A DNA stretch of 64,000 nucleotides from Octopus sinensis (GCF_006345805.1 NC_043002.1:13888001-13952000), one strand, 5' to 3'; shown: positions 50,013-62,484, counted from the first letter of the stretch. Numbers and translations: made by a program. The notes: a model not told the origin generated them from the sequence alone.

Positions 50013-51213
50013 TGTTAACCAGTAGTGTTGTAAAATTTGAAGTTATCACTTGGTAACAATTCTATGTTATGCCTGAAATTATTGATATTCATAGAGTAAA
50101 GAATTTATTTATGGTAGTATTTCGCAAAATAAGTGAAATTCTCTGAGATTCCACCAGATAAATTGTCTTTAATTACATTCAATAAAAAATGAACATTCAT
50201 AATTCTCTAAGTAATATACATGTATATTGTATCAGAAAGTGATTTGCCTAAAGCAATTTTTGTTTGAGATGTTTCATTAAAATAAGAATGTTGGTCATTG
50301 CACGTAAGGTGCGGTTTTGTAATTCTCTAAAGGATTCTGCTGTAAAACATGTTTGGGAATCACTAATTTATGGGAAAATTTGTTGGTATTCTGCGCAGAA
50401 TGGTACTAAGCTTTAGTAAAGGTCTTGATCTTCGGAAAATATGAATCGCAAAAATATAATTAGAAATACAGCAATATTTAAAGTAAATAATGAATCGAAA
50501 GAAAATTATAAAATACAGGAGTTGAAATTACACTATCATAGTATAAGCTGAATGTTTAAATATCTTAAATTCATTGTATTTCAAAACCGTGATATATAAT
50601 TCAATTTATTATAGGCGCCTTTAGGTTGAATAAAACAAACAATTACAGAAAATATAATCAAGGAAAGAAAACAAACTGAATTGAAAAGATCCTGCAATAG
50701 ATATTAAATTTGTCTTCATATTTTGAAAATTAAACTTTCATTTCTCAGCACTTCTTTTTTTCCTCCCAATAAGTCTCATAATATAAAATTTAAAATATTT
50801 GTTGAAACAAATGTGGTTGTTGATTTATATTTTAATATATTCTATTAAATATTGTGTTTTCTTCTCTTGTAATGTCGATCGTATAATTATTTTTGCTATC
50901 AGATTATTTCGAATAAATCAATAAATAACGTAGAACAAAAAAAAAAGAAAAAAATTAATGTATCAAACATATGTTGCGTTTTAAAAGGTCGTCGAAAATG
51001 TACAACGTCTGAGTCTGTCCTACATACATACATCCACACATAACTATACATATATGTGCATGTGTAGGCATGCATGTATATATATGTGTGTGTGTGTGAC
51101 AGTATACGTGCGAACGTGTGCGAGTCTGGCTTTCTAAGTGAATGTATATCTCTTTACGTATGTTTTTGATTTCATTTCAAACATATACGTATGTATGTAT
51201 GTATATATATATG

Positions 51214-51305
<92 letters not shown>

Positions 51306-51562
51306 GTTTGTGTGTGTAAATTTCCATACATCTCTAATAATATGTACAGACATATTTTTGCCTGCGTGTATATATATATTTGTGCTTGTATGCATGTATG
51401 TGTCAATGTATATATATATATATATAATATATATATATATATATTATATATATAATATGTATATATATATATATAATATATATATATATATAGATATATA
51501 TGTATATATATATGTATATATATATATGTATATAATATATATATATATTATAATATATATAT

Positions 51563-51604
<42 letters not shown>

Positions 51605-51991
51605 TATATATATGTATGCGCGTATGCATGTATACATGTATGGATGTATAGATGTGCATATGTATGTATTGTGTTATCTAAATATATTCATTTTGATACC
51701 AAAGCGCTTCAATTTTGGCGTATGTATAAATAAGCATTAATTTGAATCTGAAATAGGTTTCTTCATTTTACAATTCTTTTTTCTTTTAAAAAAGCATTCC
51801 TCACTTTTTTGCGGGGGAAAAATCAATATATTAAACAATATTACTTTAGCCCTCTGAGAGATACAAAATAATGAAGCAGTAAATTTCCAATGTCTTTTTA
51901 ACCATACAAAGAGACAGACAGACACACGCACACATGTACACACACAGACGCATTATATATATATATTATATATATGTATATATATATTATA

Positions 51992-52041
<50 letters not shown>

Positions 52042-53143
52042 ATATATAAATGGAAGTGCAGGTACTTGTCTTCATTTCTGTATCCAAAATGGAAACGAGA
52101 ACAAATATGTCCATGTGACGCGATTGAATAATTGTGCAGCTCTCAAAACATGAAACCATTGGTTGCCTTGTTACCCCCAAAATAAAGAGTATTATCCTCC
52201 AATGTAGTTCTCCACATATTGTGTATATGCGTGTATATATCTATATCTATAAATCTGTTTGTATCTCTGTCTGTCTCTTGGCGTGTCTGTCTGTATGCAT
52301 GCGTGTATTTAGATATTTTTCTGCGTGTATGGGTGAAGTAATTCTTTTTGGGGGTGGTTTTACTTCAGACACACAAATCTATAAATAGTCGCGTGTTAGC
52401 ATAGGTTTTGGCTAGGAAACATCAAAAACGCTGTGTTCAACTCGAGCTAACCTCTCCTTTAAATACTACAAGCGTGTTACAAACTTTCATTTTTTTTTTT
52501 CACAGGGGAAATTGTATTCTGTTGACGTTTTTCATGTTTACAAGAGATAGGGCTCTGCTCTTGTACTTAGATTAGAAATCAATAAATACACCTAATATCT
52601 ACGTGGTCTATGTTCTATATAATAAATATACAACATAAAAGCACACTAATTAGGTTAAATATTTCGAAAGTTTTATCAATATATCGATATTTTCCAGTCT
52701 GCTTTAGATATTGAGAGCACAAGTAAAATATATTTCCAATATTAAACCGTTATGCCACAAAATATTTTGGAAAGTAGAGGCATGCGACTCAAATGATATA
52801 ATTTCTCGGCTGTTCTCCATTTTCTCACCGACGCTTTCATATCACTAGCAACAGCCTACATATAAATATTTAAAGGCGTTTCGTTTGATACTGTAACGCG
52901 TCTACCAGTATACATAGCTGTCATCATTTAGTGGTTTCTGTCGTTGTACTACGGCCATATTTGAGTACCCGCTTGAAACGTTTAGCCGAAAGAATCGATT
53001 CACTTCTATCCGCACAAGTGGAGTCAAAGCCGGTTAGTTTGCGTTAGCATCGGGTCGGATTAGTTATAATAATGGAGTCAAACCAAATATTTTGGAATCA
53101 TTTAACATACACACATTTCAGCTTTGTGTAATATTGAACAAGA

Positions 53144-53527
53144 AGGAGTGGTTGTGCGGTAAGTAGCTTGCTAACGGAGCACATAGCTTCGGGTTCAGTC
53201 CCACTGCGTGGCACCTTGGGCAAGCGTCTTCAACTCTAGCCTCGAGCTGACCAAAGCCTCGTGAGTGGATTTGGTAGACGGAAACAGAAAGAAGCCTGTC
53301 GTATATATGTATATATATGTGTATATGTTTGTGTGTCTGTGTTTGTCCCCCTAACATCGCTTGACAACCGATGCTGGTGTGTTTACGTCCCCGTAACTTA
53401 GCGGTTAGGTAAAAGAGACAGGCAGAATAAGTACTAGGCTTCAAAGAATAAGTTCTGGGGTCGATTTGCTCGACTAAAGGCTGTGCTCCAGCATGGCCAC
53501 AGTCAAAATGACTGAAACAAGAGTAAG
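53144..53527 (+). mobile_element. Family-A SINE
   Basis: Head, body and tail present. Confidence 0.88.
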
Positions 53528-54685
53528 AAATGCATCGAATACTTAAACCTTCCTCAGTTAAATTTTTTCACATATATACACAATGGGTCTCCGGGTAGGG
53601 TGTGTTTATCAAAATCGCTAACTATACAACGATTGACCACGAAACCAAGTAGTTGGAAAATGAATTTCTACATTCCACACCTATCATAGTTGCTTGCAAC
53701 TATAATAGAATTCATTCCACTAAAAGTAAAAGAGAAGAGAAATTATATCAACTCTGAATGAATTTTACCCAATAAATCTGATTAGCATCAACTTATATTC
53801 ACTTTATGTGTGTCTATTAAATATGTATGCACGTGGAAATCATGGAAGAAATCACGGAATCCATATAGTTATAGAGAGAATCGAGCTCGTATCTATACAA
53901 TGAAAAGGTAAATATATTATTATACTATATGACTTTCGAGCAATTTGCAGTCACATTTGTAACCTTTTCATCTTACACAATTCTCATAAAACATTATATT
54001 TACAATGGCGGAGCATTGTATTGTTATGAATCTTTCGCGTTGGCTTGTACTCAGATAACCTGACGATATTTGTTCACGGCATAACAATATCATTATCTTG
54101 AAGATAATTAGATACAAGATTAATTCTTATACACAGGTACATGGAACCAAATATCTACCAATAAACTCAAACACAGGCTCTGTCACTTCCTCTCTTTCTC
54201 TCACACACGCTCACACTTGTACATGATGTATGCATACGTGTGTGTATAATTAATGTTTACTCAGAAAAAATAACGCGGTGAACGGATATACATACATTCA
54301 TATATATGCATACATGCATATATGTACACATACATATATATATACATATATTTATACACATACATAAATATATGCATACATACACAACTATATATAGAAT
54401 ATAGTATATATATATATATATATATATATACGTATGTACATTTGCATGTATATATATGTGTGTACATATATGTATTTATATGTATATGATATATATACAT
54501 ACATGCAAAATATACATATATCTATAAATATGCGTATATAAGCATAACAATATGTGACTATGCTGATATATACGCATCCAATCACACACTCATATTCTCA
54601 CACATAGACATACATATATATAACGTATATATACTGTATATATATAGATATGTGTGTGTGTGTGTGTTTGTGTACATCAATATAC

Positions 54686-54717
<32 letters not shown>

Positions 54718-54767
54718 GCACACACATATATATATATAGATATGTATATATACATATATATATGCAA

Positions 54768-54829
<62 letters not shown>

Positions 54830-55550
54830 GTATATATTTATACACATATGTATATAAATATAACACACAGAAACAAGCGAAAAAATGAGATGGAGAAAGA
54901 TAATTAAAGAGCCGTACTGACACAGGATAAAAAGATGGAATGTTGCTACTACCGTAGATGAGTAAAAAAAAAGAGCACAAACAGCTAGAATGGGGAGAAA
55001 TAAAAAACGAAGAAAAAAATATATATTAAAAATACAGAAAAACAACTGCTACGCGAACGTGAAACCGCAATTTCTTTATACGATTATCCTATGAATTTGT
55101 CGATTTAGTGATTCTGTTATTCAGCAAGGAAAGAATGAAAAACGAAATAAATGAAATATCCGAGGCTGTAATAATATTACTAATGTTCGTAAATTTTCTG
55201 TTTGTAGTGTTTTTCCTCTCGACTGCTTTCTCAATACGACAGCATATTTCTAATGAATCAGTAATGCGCTGGCAATGTTCTGAGAGTAGTAGAATTATTT
55301 TGTGTTTCTCAGTTTCTCATAACTTATTTACAGATGGAATAATGAAAAATTTCCGTTTTGCTACTACTGTAATATTTTCGACAATCCCCTTATTACAAGT
55401 CTGCTTGTATTTCACTCATTACTCTAAGTAGTGCTTGTTTTTTGTGATACAGACACTTAACACAGAACGATCGACTTTAGACTACATAGTCTCAAAAACT
55501 CTAGAAAATGCTGGCTGATGTTACACTATCATACATAGAAACTCACAAAC

Positions 55551-55800
55551 ATACATACATACCTGTAATTATTGGGACATTGGTATATGTAATACGCTGC
55601 CTAAATACCAGTCTGAAGAAATTAGGCTGCTCTAAACCAGAGGGGAGAAAGCTGATTCGAAGATTACACATCGAATCTATCTCTGGAATTGTAAAAGTCT
55701 GTAAGACTTTCCAGGCATTTATCATTTAAGTATATATGGAGCATTTCTAGATATTCAAATATATGCACGAGAAGACATACATAAAACAAAACATACGAAT
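55551..55800 (+). pseudogene. 3' fragment of an RLE-type LINE
   Basis: YIPVIIGTLVYVIRCLNTSLKKLGCSKPEGRKLIRRLHIESISGIVKVCKTFQAFII* and a 3' UTR similar to 20455-20810. Confidence 0.65.
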
Positions 55801-55960
55801 CTACACGAATACATACATAGAAAAAAATTTGTTGATGTTCTTGAAAATCTAATGAAGGAGGCTTGGATCTGGGTTAGAAATCATCTCTTTCTCTATTGGT
55901 AGGAAATCTTGAAGTAAACCTTAATAATTACATACATACATACACACATGCATGTATATA

Positions 55961-56011
<51 letters not shown>

Positions 56012-56091
56012 TATGCATGTATATATATATATATGCATGTATATATATATATATGCATGTATATATATATATATGCATGTATATATATATA

Positions 56092-56129
<38 letters not shown>

Positions 56130-56607
56130 GCATATATGTGTCTATATATATATATGTATATATATATGTGTGCATATATATATATATACATACATATATA
56201 TATATATATATGTGTGTGTGTGCATATATATATATATAATATATTATATTATTTATTGATATTTAGGTGGATTATGTATTTGTAATACTAAATTGAAGTT
56301 AATTAGGTATTATATCATTCGATATTTAGTCTATTTTGTTATAGTTTGTTACATTAAATCTATAGATACTACACATGTATATTTATTATATGGTTAGCTT
56401 ATGTAAGGAGTTCGTCTATATTTGAAACATTTCTTACTTTGATTACTATTTAATGACTTGTAATAAATTTGTGTATTTTATTTAATTTTAAGGTATTTAA
56501 TTATTTAAGTATTATTTTATTTTTCAATTATGTATATTTAGAATTTTCATATATATATATTAAAGTATATATATTAGTTAATTATTTTACTGTTCTATTA
56601 TATTTTT

Positions 56608-56694
56608 AACCTGATGAACGACTATATTTATATGCAAGTGATTTCTCTACTACTATAATCATTTCTTGAATATAGCAGCGAAACACGTGTCGTT
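56608..56694 (+). ncRNA. Type-I hammerhead motif with long stem II loop
   Basis: aac-CUGAUGA...ctatatt/aatatag...GAA-ACACGUGU-C-gtt; GUC site; base of stem II is mismatched. Confidence 0.62.
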
Positions 56695-56848
56695 TTTCTA
56701 CCTATTATACACATTATATAATTTTTTTAATTTACTGAATCTTTACTTTTTAATTGTTAGTTTAAGTTTAACTTTTCTATTATATGTAATTTTCTAGATG
56801 GTGTAATTTAATTATTCATTTTGAAATGGTAAAAGTGTTTTTTTTCTA

Positions 56849-56889
<41 letters not shown>

Positions 56890-57170
56890 ATGTGTGTGTG
56901 TGTTTGAGAGTGTGTTGTTTGGATGCATTTCCTAGACTTTGTGAGACGGTGTAAGACTATGTGTCAAGAGTTCCAGGTGAACGTACCTCGGGGCAAGAAA
57001 CGCAGACGAAGACCGCAGCACGAAAATAGCTCATTCACCAAATGTCACATAGCTTTCAAGTAACCAAAGTGTAGTAAATTAAACGGTGAGACCCAAGTAT
57101 AGCAGTAGCTATGAAGTTATATCTAGTATGGATATAAAATGGAAGTATATATATATATATATAAATATAT

Positions 57171-57492
57171 ATAACATATGGTATAATTATAAACAGCACA
57201 AATGTTAGCCATCTCCGGAGACTGAAAAAAATATACACAATCTTAATCGGTTTCCGAACCTTATTGGGTTCTCATCAGAGGTGTCCACACCATTGTGGCA
57301 ATCTGCAGAGAAAGAATCAGCCAAACTGCTTATATACTCAACAAATGCAACAGTTACTCTATGAAGGGGTCTCTAATTTGCATACCGAGAGTGTTTAGAA
57401 CTATAAATACCAGCAGTCTGTCTACGGGGATCTTAGTCCACACAGTATCAAGGTATGATATAATAAATATATAACATATAGTATAATTATAA
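57171..57492 (-). mobile_element. 300 bp unit with short terminal redundancy and a degenerate hammerhead (57239-57284)
   Basis: ataacatat(g/a)gtataattataa at 57171 and 57471; minus strand CUGAUGA-gaacc/ggttc-gGAAACCGAUUA. Confidence 0.5.
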
Positions 57493-57498
57493 TTTTAT

Positions 57499-57533
<35 letters not shown>

Positions 57534-57889
57534 TATCATTTATGCTTTAGTTCCTTCAGTCCTTACAGTGCACCCATGTTGGACCACCGTCTTGAAGAAA
57601 TTGTTTAATTGAATGAATCGAGCCCGTAAGTTTCATAAAAGCCTCGTACTTATTCTATCAGTTTATTTTGCTGAATCGCTTGGTTGCCGGAACCGAAACA
57701 CACCAACGTCGGTTGTGAAGCAGGGGACAAAGCCAGACACAAATGCACACACTTATACACGCGCGCGTGTTCGCGCACACACATATTGATATATCCGAGG
57801 GATGCTGGTAATGTAATTGTGATATTATTCCACATATTCTTCTCTGAGATTCATGCACTCGCTGCCGCTGTCTTTTAAATTTTCTAAGT

Positions 57890-58206
57890 CCTGTATAAGA
57901 GAGATTCTTCGGGGTTTGAATAATTTACCTCTGAAAACATGGGTGTTTCGTTCAATATCCTGAAACAACCCCTATTCAGGGACCTTTTGAGCGGCATGGG
58001 TTACTCGACCAGAAGAAAATTCTAAGTGGGCCCCACCTGAAAGGTCATGTGCTGTTTATCTTGATATGAGATCACCATGTCGCGCACATATGGTTGTGAT
58101 GCATGTGCCTAGTGTATCCTTATCAGACGGGTAGTCATGATGGGTATACTGGGCTCCGTATATTTTACCCAATATCACTTTGAGGGCATGCACTGCTCTC
58201 TCACTC

Positions 58207-58280
<74 letters not shown>

Positions 58281-58323
58281 TAATAATAATAATAATGACA
58301 ATAATAATAATAATAATAATGAC

Positions 58324-58367
<44 letters not shown>
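57890..58367 (+). mobile_element. Probable 5'-truncated retroelement 3' end followed by an (AAT)n tract
   Basis: GC-richer ~315 bp segment ending ...gcactgctctctcactc directly into (AAT)n; family not established. Confidence 0.4.
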
Positions 58368-58368
<1 letters not shown>

Positions 58369-58409
58369 GTCGAAAAGTATGAGAACCCAGCTTCGAAATT
58401 TTTCCAAGT

Positions 58410-58451
58410 CACCTGATGAAGGCTTGAGGGTAAATCAGCCGAAACTTAGTG
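58410..58451 (+). ncRNA. Minimal hammerhead motif, probably damaged in stem III
   Basis: cac-CUGAUGA-a-ggct(t)ga/tcagcc-GAAAC-UUA-gtg; GAAACGUA would restore the ACGU palindrome. Confidence 0.55.
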
Positions 58452-59223
58452 TTAACAACAAACAAGATGACGACAAATATCCGTCAAACGTAAATAATGT
58501 TAAATAAAATATATGAACATCTTAACCACTCTTCTTTCCTCGCACCAAGTCCATATGTAGTGAGGTTTTGCTGGTGATGCCTGATATCAATTTATACGGC
58601 ATCTATGTAAAACGAATTATGTTGATATTAAGTGTTATGATCAGAAACAGGTCGACAACATTAATATATCGATAGAGTAAAATTCTGTTCCACAATAACT
58701 TGATACTTTGTGATGAAAATATTAACTGTTTAATGGTCACTTAACCTCTGTCAGCTTAATTAACGTCTAAACGTCTCATAATTAAATTCTGCATAGTCAT
58801 TAAAAATTTCTATAATAAAATGCAAATGAAAATGTAATTAATACTCCTGCTTCAAACAGTTGGTTCATTTAACAGTGTCATGGACACTAAGTATATATTA
58901 TTTTATACATAGAAGTTTCCACCATGTGTAGTGCAAGGTGAACAGTGATATCCGGCTAGAACTATTCCCAAAGGTATTCCAGCCCTGACTACTGTGTCTT
59001 GTTGGGGCATTGTAAAACTATTGCCCGTTTGCTGTATGCCTAGGTTAGGAGAACTTAGACAAAGTCTTACTTAAACCAACAATGATGGTCAAGCGATGAG
59101 TCTAAATGAGGACAAATTCAAAGTCAGACACACAGACACATACATATACACACACAGCGAGCGTCCACTCAGTTTCAGTCTACCAAATTTACTTACAAAC
59201 TACTGGTCGGGGGTCATAGTGGA

Positions 59224-60769
59224 ACGTACGGGTGAAGCGGTGAATAACGTAATTATGAATATGTAGGTTCAAACAGGAAGTTAGACTGCGGTGACGAGCA
59301 AAGGCCTGATAGCTGAACTACAGCAAATTCGTGAACTGGAGGTGGAGGACATGGACTACAGGAAGTTTAATGCCTTGTTGAGGAAGGAAAGAGAATGCTT
59401 AAGACTGACACCTCCGAAAGATGTGACGGAGAATGCAGAAAGAGGGATTATTACCTGTAAAACGTTGAATATAGCGACAAAGAGGGTGGAGATAGCGGCT
59501 GTGGAAGCAATAGAGGAGTGCTTAAGGGAAGTAAAAGGAGTAACTGCGTTCTATACCAGTAGACGAAGGTTCGGCACAGTGGAGGTGCGCTTCGTTAATG
59601 AGAACGAAACAAGGAAATACTCCACCGTAGCCTTGAGATCGGCACAGTGGGCACTGCTACCTACTTACAGAGACAGTCGTGCGGCCAGAGTGAGGATAGG
59701 GAGACTGACACCCGAAATTGACGAGGGCTGGCTTGTGGAAGCGATCCTCTATAATACAGATGAAAAAGCAGAGATCCTGATAATGTCGAAGACCACGGAG
59801 GTCAACTGGTGGGGCTATGGCCTGGACGTAATGGTCTATATCAGCCTATCTGACCTCCATAAAATTGTGGAAGAAATCATCCTACCAGATGAAACTAGAC
59901 TGCGAATCATGGTAGAGGGAAGATCGCCAATGTTTCGAATGTGGAGTAAGGGGGCACATGAAGGCCAAGTGTCCCCAGAAATACGAACAGGAAGTGGTGG
60001 AGAAGGAATGTCAGGAAGTAGAAAATGTAATAAGAGAGAAGGAAGTAGACTTTACTGAGGTAGAGAAGAAGAGAGGAAATAGGGAATCTCCACCGAAAAA
60101 GAAAAGAAAAGCGGAGAAAAAGGAAAAATAGAAAAGAATAAATGAAGCAAGGGGAGATCGAACACAAGAACCGGAACCTTCAGTAAGTAAGGAGGATTAG
60201 GAGGGACGGGAGAAATTGGAAAGCGAGCAACAAAGAAAGATAAAGACACCAGCAATAAGGGCAGAGAGTGAAGAGATACGGCAGAGAAGGCCACATAAAG
60301 GGAAACACGAAAGAATGATGATGATGTACGAGAAGAATGTAGAAATAGACAAACGAATTGCAAAAATGGAATGGCGTGATAAGAATAAAACTGGCAGACA
60401 AAGAAGAGAATCGAAATATGAAAGCGGTGCTACGAGATGACGAGAAAGCAGCGAGACTGAAAGAGATATTTGAAAATAGGATGGATGGTACACCATTGCG
60501 GTTTCAATATGATGAATTGCCACCAGTGATAAATTTTGAAGATCTAATGGGTTTTTTTTTAAATATAAAAACGATAATACAAACTGGATTGTAAAATGGA
60601 ACTTTCTACTTTGCGGGGTAGAAAGCCATTTCATTGCCATAATTTTTCACACCTCATAATTCATTCGTTAATCGTTTTATGTACCTCACGTTTGTGTTGT
60701 CTGTACTTGTAATGTCTCTTCTATATATAAGGCTTTATACCTGTAATAAAGAGAGAATTACTATCTTTG
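59224..60769 (+). mobile_element. ORF1-only retroelement, element 2a (decayed relative of element 1)
   Basis: Protein homology to element 1; ORF followed by a ~160 bp 3' UTR ending AATAAAG; no RT. The 5' boundary is approximate and abuts a family-A SINE fragment. Confidence 0.75.
59351..60594 (+). pseudogene. ORF1/gag-like protein, ~414 codons, 2 frameshifts and 2 TAG stops
   Basis: LLPTYRDSRAARVRIGRLTPEIDEGWLVEAI aligns with FLPTYQKKRLAKAWICGLPPGIEPEWIEETI of element 1; CFECGVRGHMKAKC at 59931-59972 follows a frameshift. Confidence 0.82.
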
Positions 60770-61486
60770 CTTCGGAAATCGAACTGGCCGAAGAGGAGAT
60801 GGAGAGACTATTTAGAGTGGAGGAAGAAAAGAGAGAACAAAGTGTTCAAAATAAAGGAAAGAAAATACAAGGAGGAAATGGAGTATGGTATTACGTGAGC
60901 TACCCAAAGAATGTAGAAACAAAGAAGAAGATTGTCAAGTTTAATCAAATAGTAAAAGTGAAAGTACCATCATACACATACGCAGAGGATATGAAGGCGA
61001 TAGTGATGGAAAATGAAAATTACAAGAGACTGAAAGAAATGTGTGGAGATAGCATTTACTCACCAGGATTGAGGGTGGAATTCAAAGAATTGCCACCAGT
61101 TGTGGATCTAATGGAAATTGAACAATTGATGAAGTAATGCTAAAAAGAAAATAAGTATGTTAAATTGACAGGAAAAAAGAAAAGGAAAATAAAAAAAAAG
61201 AAAAAGTAAAGTGTTTTATGTTATGTTTTAAAAAATTATTGCAAAATAGAACAATTGTAGATAATGTATATAACGGTTCAAATAATTGCAATGGTATGTA
61301 ACATGATAATTAATTGTTACGTAACTACATGATAATGGACTGTAGTAAAACAAATTAATGGTACTGCATGTGATGAGGGGCGCATGCAGCCATTCATAAC
61401 CTCATTGTTATATAATCTTCTCATTCGTATTCGTTTTATGTATTCTCCCCTGTGTGGTGCCCTGTCCTTGTGGCTAATAAAGAAAC
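60770..61486 (+). mobile_element. 5'-truncated related element 2b (ORF C-terminus and 3' UTR)
   Basis: The open frame to 61137 is homologous to the 2a C-terminus; flanked by agaa(t/g)tactatctttg at 60754-60769 and 61487-61502. Confidence 0.72.
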
Positions 61487-61503
61487 AGAAGTACTATCTT
61501 TGA

Positions 61504-61544
61504 GGACCACCAGGGGTCCGCGGACACTAGGTTGAGAACTATTG
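61504..61544. mobile_element. Possible right end of a hAT-type MITE
   Basis: ggggtccgcggacactaggttgagaactattg resembles the ggttgagaaccactg termini of hAT MITEs; no left end found. Confidence 0.35.
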
Positions 61545-61550
61545 AGTGAC

Positions 61551-61630
<80 letters not shown>

Positions 61631-62484
61631 GTCTTAATATCAATAGCAACAACGATAATAATAATAATCGTTTCTACTAAAGGAAGAAAGCCTTAAATCT
61701 CATGGGAAAGCACTAGTCGGTTACATCAACTCCAGTGTTTCACAGGTACTTAATTTGTCAACTTTGAAAGGATGAAATGCAAAGCCGACCTCGGCGGAAT
61801 TTGAAATCAGAACGTAAGGACGGACGAAATGCTGTCTACATTTTGCATTTTGTAGCCTTCCACTATATTTGGGTTTGCGTTTATATTCAAATGCCTACAT
61901 GCCTTTGTTCACCTGGAGCCCGTGTTGTTGCATTTACTCTTGCAAGGTCGTGGTTTCAATTCCTGGCCCAGCCGGGGTGTCGTCTTTTTAATCAAAATAT
62001 TTTATTTCACGTTGACCTGCGAACACTTCAATATTTGACATACAGCACACCGTGCTCCTTTATAGGCAATGTTGATTTGATGGTGGGACTAAGATACTAT
62101 ACAGCACAGGCATTTGACCTGTGTATGTTGCGCAGCAAGAATCTGGAGAACCCTCGTCTATCAATTACGACTAGGGAGTCCACCAAAGCTCTTCTCTAAC
62201 ACCATTTCTTATTACTCCCTTTGTCTGGTTGCTTTACAGTCGTCAGTGCGTACTTGTTACATAAAAAAGCCATGCGCTTCTGGCAATCTCAGTGCAGCTA
62301 CTGGACAAATTTCTTTTCCTTCTGATGTATTTGTGTTTTGTAAACACAGTAACCATAAGAGATATTATCACCGAAAGAAAGAAAGAAGACAGCAGTTAAT
62401 TTGCTTTTTCACAATGTATTTGCATAAGTATGATACACAGATGGCTCTGCTATTTTAATCTAATACTGCCTCCAATACACATAA

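Noticed and set aside
54055-54110. CUGACGA followed by two hairpins
   Set aside because: No GAAA core follows the first hairpin.
55108-55431. 107 aa hydrophobic ORF
   Set aside because: Composition reflects T-rich DNA; no family recognised and no splice support.
4102-59223. ORF1-only elements specifically target family-A SINEs
   Set aside because: Both lie at family-A sequence but at different positions and relative orientations, and these SINEs are abundant enough for chance hits.
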